From contig CAOKNG010000002.1 in NCBI GenBank assembly GCA_948470025.1, positions 8,153 to 72,152 of the forward strand: DNA of 64,000 bases. Reading direction: 5' to 3'. The position numbers and the translations under genes are program-made. Below, piece after piece: positions 10,930 to 22,562 of the stretch. The notes under the pieces are model-generated. The model did not search any database. It had not been told where the DNA came from and saw only the letters and a program-made list of their open reading frames with translations. The DNA is from an uncultured Clostridium sp. (GTDB lineage: Bacteria > Bacillota > Clostridia > TANB77 > CAG-508). Within the stretch, counting starts at the first letter, position 1. Every line of letters starts with the position of its first letter.

Positions 10930-11433
10930 TTATATTTTCTTCCACAACTTCTTTTTCATAAAACCATAAAAATCCTCTGGTTTTCCGATTGAAAAATTAT
11001 TTTTCAATAACACATAGGAATGAGTTTTATCCAAATACAAATAAAAACGGTCACTTTCTTCAAAGATTTTGTAAAATTTAGAATAGCGTAATTTTACATG
11101 ACCTTCGCCATTAGAAATAGTGACAAAATCATCATAAAAGGTATAAGTATTTTTCATCTTTTTTTGTACTTTTTTACTAGAGGCTTCTTTTTTTACAAGA
11201 TACAAAGGGTGCAAAAAACGATAAGCAAGAAAAATAATAAAAATGAGAATAAAGCCAATTCCTAATAAAATTCTACCATAGGAAAACTGTGTGATCATGC
11301 AAAAAATAAATAATACTGACATAAACAAGGTATAAAAATGATATTTCAAATTATTTTTTTCTTCATGAAATTCTACAAATTTTTTATATTCCTGTAAATT
11401 ATAAGCCGTTGTATTTTCAAAACGTATATCCAT
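10930..11433 (-). CDS. hypothetical membrane protein
   Basis: 167-aa ORF with two TM helices. Confidence 0.45.
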   Translation of the reverse strand: MDIRFENTTAYNLQEYKKFVEFHEEKNNLKYHFYTLFMSVLFIFCMITQFSYGRILLGIGFILIFIIFLAYRFLHPLYLVKKEASSKKVQKKMKNTYTFYDDFVTISNGEGHVKLRYSKFYKIFEESDRFYLYLDKTHSYVLLKNNFSIGKPEDFYGFMKKKLWKKI

Positions 11434-11585
11434 ACTATCACCAAATCTATTATACTAAAAAAAGAAAAAGAATACCATTTGTTATGAAAATGTCATCAAA
11501 ACTTAATATTTAGATAGCAAATTTTGGTGTATGATAAAAAGAGAAACTTTAACCAAAAACACAAGAAAAAGGGGCTAACAAGAAA

Positions 11586-13329
11586 ATGAAAAAAATATTA
11601 TCAAACATAATAAAAAAATACTGGTTTGCTATTTTGTTACAAATCATATTTATTGCATTAAATATGTATTTTTTAACCTATCCACCAAAAATCATAGGTC
11701 ATATTATCGACTTATTATATGATATGGAAAACAACCGTAGGGCCATTTTCCTACAAGTATGGTATTTACTTGGTATTTGTTTTGTGATATTAGCTGTTCG
11801 TATGCCATGGCGATGGCTTACAGGCTACACACCAAGGAGCATAGAAAGAGATTTAAAAGATAAGTTATTCGAGCAATTTATGAAAATAAAGCTAGCCAAT
11901 CTTCAAAATATTAAAAACGGAGAATTAATGTCCTACTTCGTAAAAGATGTAACCGAAATTCGAGCTTTTATTTATCGTCTTCTTTCTTATGGAACTAGGT
12001 TTGTATTTACTGCTATTATTGCAACATATACCATGATGAGTGGAGTCAATCTATCCCTTACACTAATTACCTTATGCCCAATTGTGGTAACCGTTTTTTT
12101 AATTATCAAAATTAAAGAATATGTAGAAAGCAGTTTTCGAAAATCACAAACTTACTTTACAGAACTTTCTGAATATGTACAAGAAAGTACCGATGCGATT
12201 CGTACCACAAAGGCATATACAGGTGAAATGAACCAATTAAAAGAGTTTATTCGAAAAAACCGTAAATTAAAAGAAGCTAATAATGCAGTAGATGTTCATT
12301 CTACCTTACTTTCTACTAGTCTTAATATTTGCTTTGGGCTATGTTATGGAATTTCCCTATTATATGGCTCAAAACTAGTATTAGAAGGAAGCATTACCAC
12401 TGGAGATTTTATTGCCTTTAATGGATATATTGCCTTATTTGTAGGTCCAGTTTCATGGCTTCCTAGTGTTATTTCAAGGTATAAAAGAGCAAAAATCTCT
12501 TACCAAAGGTTAGAACAAGTTTTTTTACTAGAAAGAGAAAAAATTACTTTAAAAACCATCAAAGAAGATACTGACTTCGAAGGAAATATTGAAATTTGCA
12601 ATTTGAATTTTAATTATCCAGAGCATTTAGAAATGGTACTAAAACAGATTAATGTATCGGTAAAAAAAGGAGAAATGCTTGGAATTATTGGTAGTATTGG
12701 AAGTGGGAAAACGACTCTTATGAATCTATTACTACACTTATACCCAGTAGCAAAAGGGAAAATTTTTATCGATGGAAAAGATATTAACGATATTCCGCTA
12801 AGTGTACTAAGAAAGCATATTTGCTACATTACACAAGACAATTTCCTATTTTCCACGACGCTAAAAGAAAACATTAAATTATTTAAACAAGAATTTGAAG
12901 AAGAAGAAATTAGAGAGAGTGCAAAAAATGCGATGATTTATGATGATATCGAAAAAATGCAAAATGGAATTGAAACCGTCATTGGAGAAAGGGGAGCAGA
13001 CCTTTCACGGTGGGCAAAGGCAAAGAGTGGTTATTTCGAGAGCGTTCTTAAAGAAAAGCAAAATTGTTATTTTTGATGATACGTTTTCTGCTTTAGATAA
13101 TAAAACAGAACAAAAAGTATTAAACAATGTAAAAGAATTAGTAAAAGACAAAACGTGTATTATCATTTCAAATCGTATTTCTGATATAAAAGATGCCAAT
13201 AACATTATGGTGCTAGATAATGGAGAAATACTAGAAACAGGAACACATGAGGAATTACTAAAAAAACAAGGTCAATATTATCGTTATTACAAGGAACAAA
13301 CAGCAAAAGCTGAAATGGCGTTAAACTAA
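11586..13329 (+). CDS. ABC exporter fused permease/ATPase subunit 1; +1 shift at CGG 13008-13010 inside the ABC signature
   Basis: ORFs 11586..13076 and 12940..13329 join as ...ERGADLS-G-GQRQRVVISRAF. Confidence 0.85.
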
Positions 13330-13409
13330 GAAGATGAAAAAAATACGAAAAATTTGTTATACAAATATATGTCTTTTATATACATAACCATAGAAGAGGC
13401 AAGAAAGGA

Positions 13410-15177
13410 ATGATAGTAAAGATGAAAAACAAGAAACATAGCACAATCACACATGTGCTAGAAATGGCAAAACCACATAAAAAAACAATTATCATTGTTA
13501 CTTTTCTTTCGTTACTCATTAACATAGGGGAATTGGTGAAGCCATATTTAATTAAAATTGTAATGGATGATTACTTAAGCTTTGGTATCTACCAAAAAGG
13601 AGCTATTACCATTAGCATGATTGGTGCTATTTACATAGGAATTGTGCTCTTAGGAAATATGATTGATTTTATTGCAAGTACCGCAACCAATATGATGGGA
13701 GAAGAGATTATTTATACCATGCGAAATCGTTTGTTTAAGTACACACAATATGCCAATATTTCCTTTCATGACCGTACTTCAGCAGGGAAATTATTTGTGC
13801 GAATTACCAATGATGTTGAAGATGTTTCAACATTATTTAAAGATGTTATTACGACTTTTTTTAAAGATATGATTTTAATCGTAGCCATTATTGTGATGAT
13901 GTTATATTTTAGTGCCAAACTAAGTTTATTTGCATTTTTCGTCATTCCTTTGGTAATTGTATTTTCTGTGGTATTAACAAAATTATTAAACAAAATCTAT
14001 GATAAATCAAAAGTGATTAAAACGAAGTTAAATACATTTTTAGCAGAATCTATTTATGGAGCAAAATTAATAAAAATATTTAATATTCAAAAAGAAAAAG
14101 AAGAAGAATGCAAGGTTCTAACCAATGACTACCGTAATTCCAGAATACCAGGGGGGATTGTAGAAGGGCTACTTCCAGGGCTTATGACAATATTAGAAAA
14201 CCTAGCAATTTGTATTATTATATGGGTATGTCTTGGTGGAATCTTAGAACAAGCCCTAGATGTAGGAATTATTTATGTGTTTATTAGCTATATTAGGCAA
14301 TTATTTGAGCCAATCACAAGAACCATTGATAATATTGAAACCGTACAAGAAGCCTTTGTTTCGATTAACAAAATTTACAATATTTTAGACCAAAAGGAAT
14401 ATTTAGAAGACTTAGATTCAGGGGTTAATTTAAGTGAAGTAAAAGGAAAAATTGAATTTAAAAATGTATGGTTTTCGTATGATAATGAAAGATGGGTATT
14501 AAAAAATGTAAGTTTTACCATTGAGCCTCGGTCAAAGTATTGCGTTAGTGGGAAAAACGGGTTGTGGAAAAACAACCATTACCAATTTAATCAATCGCTT
14601 TTATGAAATTCAACAAGGAGAAATTTTATTAGATGGAGTAAACATTAAAAATATCAATAAACGAAGCCTAAGAGCACATATTGGCATTATTTTACAAGAC
14701 CCATTTATTTTTGCAAGAAGTATTGCAAACAATATAAAATTAAATAATAGTCATGTAACCGAAGACGATATTATAGAGGCAGTAAAATTATCTTCTGCAG
14801 ACGGATTTGTCTCTTCACTTCCAAATGGAATCGATGAGATTGCCAAAGAAAGAGGTTCCTCTTTTTCAGCAGGAGAAAAACAATTACTAGCATTTGCCAG
14901 AATTTTTGCCCATAACCCATCCATTTTTGTATTAGACGAAGCCACTGCCAACATTGATACCCACACCGAACAACTAATTCAAAAATCCATAGACGCCATT
15001 TCAAAAGAAAAAACCTCCATCTTCATTGCCCACCGTTTAGCTACCATTGTTAATGTAGATAAAATTATTGTATTAGATGCAGGTGAAATTGTAGAAATGG
15101 GAAATCACATTGAACTCTTAAAAACGGGTGGATATTATAGCAAATTATATAATTCGTATTATGAAAGTTTGAATTGA
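13410..15177 (+). CDS. ABC exporter fused permease/ATPase subunit 2; +1 shift at CGG 14529-14531 next to Walker A
   Basis: ORFs 13410..14606 and 14521..15177 join as ...FTIEP-G-QSIALVGKTGCGKTT. Confidence 0.85.
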
Positions 15178-15249
15178 AAAGACGCATAAAATATGGTATA
15201 CTAGAAAGGAAAAGGGCATCGACCCAAGTATTTAAAGGAGGACAAAATA

Positions 15250-15435
15250 ATGTTACAAGAAACAGCAACGGAACCAGTAGTTCTTTGGTATCGCTATGGA
15301 GATGGAAGAGATTTCAGAAAATCAGGCGATGCCATCCGCCATCTACAAAATGAAGTACAAAAGGCAGGAATGGAGTTAAATGCACGTAAAATCGTTATTA
15401 ACGATGTGTGCCAATCCGTGAGCTTAGCTTTCTAA
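15250..15435 (+). CDS. small hypothetical protein
   Basis: RBS aaaggagg. Promoter-like TTGAAA-17-TATACT at 15171-15205. Hairpin plus T-run terminator 15444-15487. Confidence 0.45.
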   Translation: MLQETATEPVVLWYRYGDGRDFRKSGDAIRHLQNEVQKAGMELNARKIVINDVCQSVSLAF

Positions 15436-15587
15436 CTGTAACAGACCATCATCCCTACCAAAAGGGGCGATGGTCCTTCTTTTATTGCAAGTAAGAAATC
15501 CACTAATCGAAAGAATGGTGGGTTTCACTTGTATTTTGGAAAAGAGTATTGTATAATAGGGGTAGATTAAAAATGGAGGGGAAGCCC

Positions 15588-15755
15588 ATGGGATTAAAAC
15601 GTGAGTTTAATTTTGAGGATGATATTGAGTTGTTAAACTTAAAGTATCAAATGAATGGAGCAGGTTTAGGCGAATATTTCCAAAATGAAATAGGAGCAAA
15701 TGAGATGATACAAAATGGAATTAATAATCAAATAAGACAAGAAGAAAACCAATAA
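15588..15755 (+). CDS. small hypothetical protein
   Basis: RBS ggagggga. Terminator hairpin AACCAAT/ATTGGTT plus T-run at 15742-15772. Confidence 0.35.
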   Translation: MGLKREFNFEDDIELLNLKYQMNGAGLGEYFQNEIGANEMIQNGINNQIRQEENQ

Positions 15756-15882
15756 TTTCATTGGTTTTTTTCTTGTAAAGAAATTGTAAATAAATCTTAA
15801 TAATTTTTTTTGAAAAACTACTTGGATAATAGGAAAACACATGATATAATGAAAATGAAGAATAAAGATAAAGGAGTAAAAT

Positions 15883-16659
15883 ATGGTAGTAAATCAGATT
15901 TTAGTGACACAAAAAATATATGTAACTCCTGAGCTGAGAAGAAAAAAGAAAATGTATAAATTAAATTTTTTCTTGTCGGTCTTTTTAGTATGTTCTTTAT
16001 TTTCCTATTACATCTATGCAGAATATGACCGTAACAAAAATGAAGAAGTATCCCAAGAGATTTTAGCAAGTATCGATTTAGAATATTTTGAGGAAGAACC
16101 TACTAGTTCAGGGGTACGTATGGAAGATAATGTCTTAATCGTAACACTAAACGACAACAACCAAAACCGTTCTGAAATTGATATTACCAAACTTGCTCAG
16201 TCCGTACAAATGCAAATTGAAAACAAGAAAAAAGAAAAAGAAATCTTTACCACAGAAAGTGGAGATACCTATTCAACCGATGCAATTGTCAATATTCCAC
16301 GTTTAGGAATCAACTATCCAGTATTAGATAAAACAACAAATGAATTATTAAAATTATCCCTTAGCAAGTTTTATGGTCCAGATCCAAATGAAATTGGAAA
16401 CTATGTTATTGTAGGACACAATTATCGAAACAAGAAAATGTTTGGAAGATTATCTGAAATTCAAAATGGAGATTCAGTAGAATTAACCGATTTAACCGGA
16501 AAAACGGTTACCTATGAAGTATATGACAAATATGTCGTAAATCCAGATGATACTGCATGTACAAGTCAATTAACTGGTAGAAAAAGAGAAATAACTCTTA
16601 TTACTTGTACTAACTATGGAACCCAAAGACTAGTTGTAAAAGCAAGAGAAGTAAAATAA
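15883..16659 (+). CDS. sortase
   Basis: TLITC motif and conserved His. N-terminal signal anchor. RBS aaaggag. Terminator 16662-16692. Confidence 0.8.
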   Translation: MVVNQILVTQKIYVTPELRRKKKMYKLNFFLSVFLVCSLFSYYIYAEYDRNKNEEVSQEILASIDLEYFEEEPTSSGVRMEDNVLIVTLNDNNQNRSEIDITKLAQSVQMQIENKKKEKEIFTTESGDTYSTDAIVNIPRLGINYPVLDKTTNELLKLSLSKFYGPDPNEIGNYVIVGHNYRNKKMFGRLSEIQNGDSVELTDLTGKTVTYEVYDKYVVNPDDTACTSQLTGRKREITLITCTNYGTQRLVVKAREVK

Positions 16660-16687
16660 AAACAATGTACAAAATGTGCATTGTTTT

Positions 16688-16725
16688 TTTGTAGGAGTCG
16701 ATGCCCACATCGACCCGATAAATGA
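16688..16725. repeat. GC-rich palindromic repeat, GTAGGGG(T/C)CGATG...CATCG(A/C)CCCCTAC family
   Basis: Related copies at 18300-18325 (half), 46796-46835, 49346-49385, 55082-55115 and 55866-55960. Confidence 0.6.
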
Positions 16726-16751
16726 GAAAGAACGATAAACGACATCAACCT

Positions 16752-18243
16752 TTATACCTCAAATGCACGACTAAATAAGAGAAATACAAAATATCCACCT
16801 AGGAAAATAGCAATTTGTAAGACAATCGAAGAGGTTTCAAATTGTACATTTGGAACCAATAGTTTTGTGACAAGTGAAGAAAATACAATTCCGCATAAGT
16901 GGTTTTAGGAGCCAATTAATAATATCGATTCGGAAGGAGTTTGCTTTTTTTAGTTGGTATAGACTAATGCTAAAGTTTAGTAATTCGCTAATGTAAATGA
17001 CCACAAGGTAGCCATATAGTCCCCAAATAGGAAGAAAACTACAAATGAAAACGATACTGGTAAATAAATCTAGGATATTACATTTCATAACATTTATTTG
17101 TTGGTTTAGACCTTTTAAAATATTATCCACAATGCCATCTAAATACATAAAGATAACAAGAGGGGATAGGATTTTTAGGTAAGTTGCAAGTTCAAAATTT
17201 TGATAAACGGCAAAACTAACTTCTTTTGCATAAAAGAAAAACACACCAAATACGGCAAAAGAAAATAAAAACGTAATACGAAAAATCTTTTGTGTGATAG
17301 AGGTAATGCGACTGTAAGCTTTTTTCGTATCAAAATAAGCGTATTCAGGAACGACCAAATTACTAAAAGAAGAAATAATGACTTCTGGAAAGAGTAATAC
17401 AGGCATTACCATACCAGAAATCATACCATAGCTAGAAATAGCATCTGTACAGGATAGCCCAGATTTTTCTAAGTATGTTGGAATAAGCAACTGTTTTAAA
17501 GAAGACAAACCAGAACGAAGATAAGAGGTAATTGCAACAGGTAGAGAAATGGAAGCGATTTTTTTAAAGTAATTTTGGTGGTTTTCTTGCCCTATGGTAT
17601 GCTTTCGTATTTCTAATCGGTATAAAACAAAAGCAAAAAAACAAGAACCGATTTCTGAAATCATTTCGCCAAGCACTAAGGATAAGCAAGCATAACTAAC
17701 CCCAGAAGGTAGAAATAAAGATAAACAGTATGCAGTAGAAAGCATTTTTAGTATTTGTTCAAAAATACGGCAAATAGCATTTTTTCCATTTTTTCGAAGT
17801 GCCGTAAAATACCCATTCAAACAAGAAGACAAGCTAATAAAAGGAAGGCTTAATCCAATTAGGTAAAATAAATAAAAGGGCACTTGGTCATGAACAAAAT
17901 ACCTAGTAATTGGTTTTGCCAAAACCATTAATAGGATACAAGCCGAAACTCCAAAAAAGAGGCTATAAGAAAAACATTTTCGAAGAGCTACTTTCGTATT
18001 CGTATCTTTACAAAAAGCCGTTTCTTCTACTACAATACGAGTAACAGATAAATTAATTCCAGAAGTAGCAAAGGTCGTAAAAAACAAATAGACAGACATA
18101 ATTAAGCCAAAAACACCAAGAGCTTCTGTGCCTACTTTTTTTGAAATATAAACCGAAAACGAAAATCCTACTAATCGCATCAAAAAAGCAGTAGCAGTTA
18201 ACAACAATCCATTTAGTAAAAAAACATAAAAGCGTTTCAACAA
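16752..18243 (-). CDS. MOP-superfamily polysaccharide/lipid II flippase (SpoVB/MurJ-like); +1 shift at CGG (minus strand) 16893-16891
   Basis: Unshifted C-terminus is ...PLMRNCIFFTCHKTIGSKCTI. Shifted reading gives the hydrophobic TM tail ...PLM-G-IVFSSLVTKLLVPNVQFETSSIVLQIAIFLGGYFVFLLFSRAFEV. Confidence 0.7.
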
Positions 18244-18450
18244 ACATCACCTTGTACACTATATGAAAATATAAAGAAATATATGTAATTTTAAAAAAGT
18301 GCCCACATCGCCCCCTACCATATTAATAAAACCTTAATAATCCATATACTTATTTCTTAATAAATTTATGGTATAAATAATAAGGGAAGAAACTTTAAAA
18401 AAATTTAATTTGATGTTATAATTTAGAAAAAATAAAAGGGGAAGAAAAAC

Positions 18451-19146
18451 ATGTATAATATTTTAGTATGTGATGATGACAAAGAAATTGTAGAAGCCAT
18501 TGAAATTTATTTAAGCAAAGAAGGATACAAAATTCTAAAAGCCTACAATGGCGAAGAAGCATTAAAAATTGTAAAAAACAATGAAATTCATTTAATGATT
18601 TTAGATATTATGATGCCAAAATTAAATGGAATTAAAGTAGCCGGAGAAATCAGGAAAGACAAAGGCATTCCCATTATTATGCTTTCAGCCAAATCCGAAG
18701 ATTACGACAAAATTAATGGCTTAAATACGGGGGCAGATGATTATATGACCAAACCATTTAACCCATTAGAATTAATCGCAAGAGTCAATTCACAAATTAG
18801 AAGATATACGACCTTAGGGTCTATCAAAAAGGAAGAAGGAAAACAGTATGTAACAGGAGGACTTGAGATTCATGATGATACAAAAGAAGTCTATGTAGAT
18901 GAAAAACTAATTAAACTAACCCCAACGGAATATAACATATTAAAGTTTCTAACCAAGAACAAAGGAAGGGTCTTTTCCATTGAACAAATTTATGAAAATG
19001 TATGGGAAGACGAAGCATATGGAGCAGAAAATATTATTGCTGTTCATATAAGACACATTCGAGAAAAAATTGAAATCAATCCCAAGGAACCCAAATATTT
19101 AAAAGTAATTTGGGGAATTGGTTATAAAATAGAAAATATGAAATAA
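18451..19146 (+). CDS. OmpR-family response regulator
   Basis: Receiver plus winged-helix domains. Confidence 0.9.
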   Translation: MYNILVCDDDKEIVEAIEIYLSKEGYKILKAYNGEEALKIVKNNEIHLMILDIMMPKLNGIKVAGEIRKDKGIPIIMLSAKSEDYDKINGLNTGADDYMTKPFNPLELIARVNSQIRRYTTLGSIKKEEGKQYVTGGLEIHDDTKEVYVDEKLIKLTPTEYNILKFLTKNKGRVFSIEQIYENVWEDEAYGAENIIAVHIRHIREKIEINPKEPKYLKVIWGIGYKIENMK

Positions 19147-19156
19147 GGAGAAAAAG

Positions 19157-21211
19157 GTGAAACATTTTGAAAATTCAAAAATAACAAAAATAATCGGTTA
19201 TACTCTCGTACCAATTTTAAGTTTGCTTATCATCGTAGAAGCATGTTCTGTTATATATTATGCGACATATGAAGAAGATTTTGAAAATTATATTTCTTAT
19301 GTAGAAACAGACCGATTTGCAAACCAATATCTTTCCAATATTGTAAGAGCAATTCACATTAGTGAGAATGAGAAAAAGTATATAGAGAAAAGTACAAATA
19401 GTATGATTAGTATGATGGCAGACGGTATTGATTATGAGTCCTATGATAGGATAAAAGAAAAAGTAGAAATAATAGCACAAACAGCTGACCCAATTCAATA
19501 CAACTTTTCTACCATTCGAAAATATGATATATTGGTTATCTCACCAGAAGGATACATTATTACCAATGTGGAAAAAACAATTGAGACAGATACTGTAGAA
19601 GAGATTAAGCAATATATTTCTTCTAAACAATACTATTGGAAATATGATTTAAACGAAATTGATACCAGTATTGAAAAATTAAAATATGAAAAAATTGCCT
19701 ATTTAGGTTTTCAGGAAATTGAAGAGCTAGGATATGAAATATATACTGCCTTTAAAGAAGAAAATAGTAGCGAATTTTACGCATATAATGCAATTTATGA
19801 TTTTGTAGGAAATACCTATGCAACCGCACCAATGGTAATTGCAATTGCTAGTGCACTACTGATGGCTTGTATTGTGTATCTTGTTCTTAGCATTGGTCAT
19901 AAAGAAGGAAAAGAAGGAATTTATACAAATGCACTAGACAAAGTTCCCTATGAAGTGGTAGGAATCATCGTAGGAATATTACTAATGATAGAAGGATGTT
20001 TATTATGGTGGCTTATAGAATTAGTAGGACATATGTCTAGTAAAATGGCGATTGATAGTGGAATAACGATTTCTATTTTAGTAGGAGTTATTATTTATGC
20101 TACCCTTGCTGTTACATTAGTTACGACAATTCGAAGAATAAAAGCACACATTTTTTGGGAAAATACACTGACATATCGTTTTATGAAATTTGTGCTAGGA
20201 GGGCTATTTACGAATTTTAATGAAACAATGAAATTAGTAATAGAATATGGAGGGTTTATCCTAGCCTCTTTCATACTAACCATACTTGCTATGAATACAA
20301 TGCCAATTTTAATCTTGGTGCTACTTGGTTTTTGGTACTATGTTTTTAAGAAAATATTAAATTATAAAAATCAAATGTATCAAATTCGAGAAAAAATTGG
20401 CAATATGTATCGTGGTGATATTAAAGAGCCACTAGAAGAAGATGCATTATATGGTGAATTAAAACAAGTAGCAAAAGAGTTAAATGATATATCTGGTGGA
20501 CTTTCTAATGCTATTGAAGAAGCAACCAAAAGTGAACGCTTAAAAACCGAATTAATTACCAATGTATCACATGATATTAAAACACCGCTAACTTCAATAA
20601 TTAACTATGTTGATTTAATGAAACAAGAAGAAATTAAAAATCCGAAGATACAAGAATATCTAAACGTATTAGATAGTAAATCACAAAGACTAAAAAAACT
20701 AACCGAAGACCTAATAGAAGCTTCCAAAGCCTCTTCAGGAAACATCAAATTAACCATGGAGAAACTAAACGTAAAAGAACTCGTAAAACAAGTTAGTGGA
20801 GAATTTGAAGATCGCTTTTTACAAAAAAAATTACAAATAATTGAAACTTTCCCAGAAGAGGAAGTCTATATTCAAGCAGACAGCAGGTATTTATACCGTG
20901 TCATGGAAAATATGTATGTTAATATTGCGAAATATGCCTTAGAAGGATCAAGAGTCTATGTAGATGTTACCAAACAAAATAAAAACGTACAAATATCCCT
21001 TAAAAATATATCAGAAGACAAACTAAACATATCCGTTGATGAACTCATGGAGCGTTTTGTAAGAGGAGATGAAGCAAGAACCAAAGAAGGTTCAGGACTA
21101 GGAATTTCCATTGCAAAATCCTTAACAGAATTGCAAAAAGGAAAATTCGATATACATTTAGATGGAGACTTATTTAAAGTAGTGATCGAATTTGAAGAAA
21201 TAGAAACATAA
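19157..21211 (+). CDS. sensor histidine kinase
   Basis: H-box SHDIKTPLTSI. HATPase region. Two TM segments flank a large extracytoplasmic domain. Confidence 0.88.
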   Translation: MKHFENSKITKIIGYTLVPILSLLIIVEACSVIYYATYEEDFENYISYVETDRFANQYLSNIVRAIHISENEKKYIEKSTNSMISMMADGIDYESYDRIKEKVEIIAQTADPIQYNFSTIRKYDILVISPEGYIITNVEKTIETDTVEEIKQYISSKQYYWKYDLNEIDTSIEKLKYEKIAYLGFQEIEELGYEIYTAFKEENSSEFYAYNAIYDFVGNTYATAPMVIAIASALLMACIVYLVLSIGHKEGKEGIYTNALDKVPYEVVGIIVGILLMIEGCLLWWLIELVGHMSSKMAIDSGITISILVGVIIYATLAVTLVTTIRRIKAHIFWENTLTYRFMKFVLGGLFTNFNETMKLVIEYGGFILASFILTILAMNTMPILILVLLGFWYYVFKKILNYKNQMYQIREKIGNMYRGDIKEPLEEDALYGELKQVAKELNDISGGLSNAIEEATKSERLKTELITNVSHDIKTPLTSIINYVDLMKQEEIKNPKIQEYLNVLDSKSQRLKKLTEDLIEASKASSGNIKLTMEKLNVKELVKQVSGEFEDRFLQKKLQIIETFPEEEVYIQADSRYLYRVMENMYVNIAKYALEGSRVYVDVTKQNKNVQISLKNISEDKLNISVDELMERFVRGDEARTKEGSGLGISIAKSLTELQKGKFDIHLDGDLFKVVIEFEEIET

Positions 21212-21264
21212 AAATTCCTAAACATAAAAAGTGCAGATATTGTCTGCATTTTTTATGTTTAGGA
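21212..21264. terminator. strong bidirectional terminator (about 23-bp palindrome with T/A runs)
   Basis: TTCCTAAACATAAAAAGTGCAGA...TCTGCATTTTTTATGTTTAGGAA. Confidence 0.7.
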
Positions 21265-21288
21265 ATAGAGAAAAAATCATTTTTTATC

Positions 21289-21780
21289 TTACTGAAACAT
21301 AGCACCAAGTGCACCAAAAACTCCAGCAGAGGCAAGCCCCATAATAATACCAGCTAGGATGACACCTGCCATGATAGCAATCACACTCTTTTTAAAATCC
21401 ATATCTAAAAAGCTTGCAGCTAGTGTTCCTGTCCATGCACCAGTTCCAGGAAGTGGAATTCCTACAAAAATAAATAGTGCTACATATAAACCACGACCGG
21501 CGGTTTCTTGTAGTTTTTTACCACCTTTTTCCCCTTTTTCTAAGCACCAAGTAAAAAATTTTCCAATGAATTTTTTGTCAGCTCCCCATTCTAATACTTT
21601 TCTTGCAAAAAAGAAAATAAAAGGTACTGGTAGCATGTTGGCAATAATACAAGTAATATAAAGTGGTAAAAGAGGTAGAGGGTTTCCAAAAGCATTACTA
21701 AACCCAACAGGAACGGCACCTCTTAATTCAATAAGTGGAACCATAGATATTAGAAAAACAATAGCATATTTTTTAAACAT
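21289..21780 (-). CDS. small membrane protein (COG2426 putative small multidrug export family)
   Basis: Four TM helices. Start taken at MFKKYAIVFL. Confidence 0.5.
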   Translation of the reverse strand: MFKKYAIVFLISMVPLIELRGAVPVGFSNAFGNPLPLLPLYITCIIANMLPVPFIFFFARKVLEWGADKKFIGKFFTWCLEKGEKGGKKLQETAGRGLYVALFIFVGIPLPGTGAWTGTLAASFLDMDFKKSVIAIMAGVILAGIIMGLASAGVFGALGAMFQ

Positions 21781-21917
21781 AATCGAATCTCCTTTAACAA
21801 TATTAAAACACATTTTACTATATCTAGTAAAATATGTCCATTCTTTATCCATAATTTTTAAAATTTATTGTTACAGTTCAGACTATACTCATAAAAAACT
21901 ACGAAGCTATACAAAAA

Positions 21918-21969
21918 AGCCCCTTTAACAAGGGGGCTGGTGCCCGTATGGGCGACTGGTGGTTCTTAC
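21918..21969. repeat. two-hairpin GC-rich intergenic repeat, copy 2
   Basis: AAGCCCCTTTAACAAGGGGGCTGGTGCCCGTATGGGCGACTGGTGGTTCTTA. Its tail supplies the stop codon of the 21966..22535 gene. Confidence 0.8.
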
Positions 21970-22535
21970 AATTCCACAAAAGAGCTTTTAATCTTTTCAA
22001 ATATCTCTTCGAAATTTTCCTTATTCTCATTTACAACTTCTAAGTTTAGCACATATAAATGATCTTCTGTCTCAACCCATAACACATTACAATAAAATTC
22101 CTTACCATAAGACGTATCAGTATAAATAAAATGATATTCATAGGCAGTAGTATTGGGAAGTGTAAATGGAATAATACCAGAGTCATCATGAATATTTTCT
22201 TTGTCTTTTAAATAGTTTTCCTTATCTTTATGAATAACAGAAGCAAAATCAAGTTCACGGATTTTGGAAATTTTGGTTGCATAGAAAAACATTTCATCTT
22301 CTTTAGAGTATAAATCAATCACAAATTCGTTATTTTCTTGATTATTTATGACATATGAAATATTTGTGGGAAAGTCAACGTGGAAACTCCCATCTGTTGC
22401 AATTAGAGTTGTATAAGTAAGTTCTGTTTTTTTTAAAGACAAAATAAGAATACAAGTAATAATAACAACAATGGCAAGAATTGCCACACCAATATACATA
22501 TATTTTTTGTTAGAAGAGTTTATTATAAAATTCAT
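21966..22535 (-). CDS. hypothetical membrane-anchored protein
   Basis: 189-aa ORF, N-terminal TM. Confidence 0.45.
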   Translation of the reverse strand: MNFIINSSNKKYMYIGVAILAIVVIITCILILSLKKTELTYTTLIATDGSFHVDFPTNISYVINNQENNEFVIDLYSKEDEMFFYATKISKIRELDFASVIHKDKENYLKDKENIHDDSGIIPFTLPNTTAYEYHFIYTDTSYGKEFYCNVLWVETEDHLYVLNLEVVNENKENFEEIFEKIKSSFVEL

Positions 22536-22562
22536 TTTTTTCTCCTTCCATGAAATAGATAT

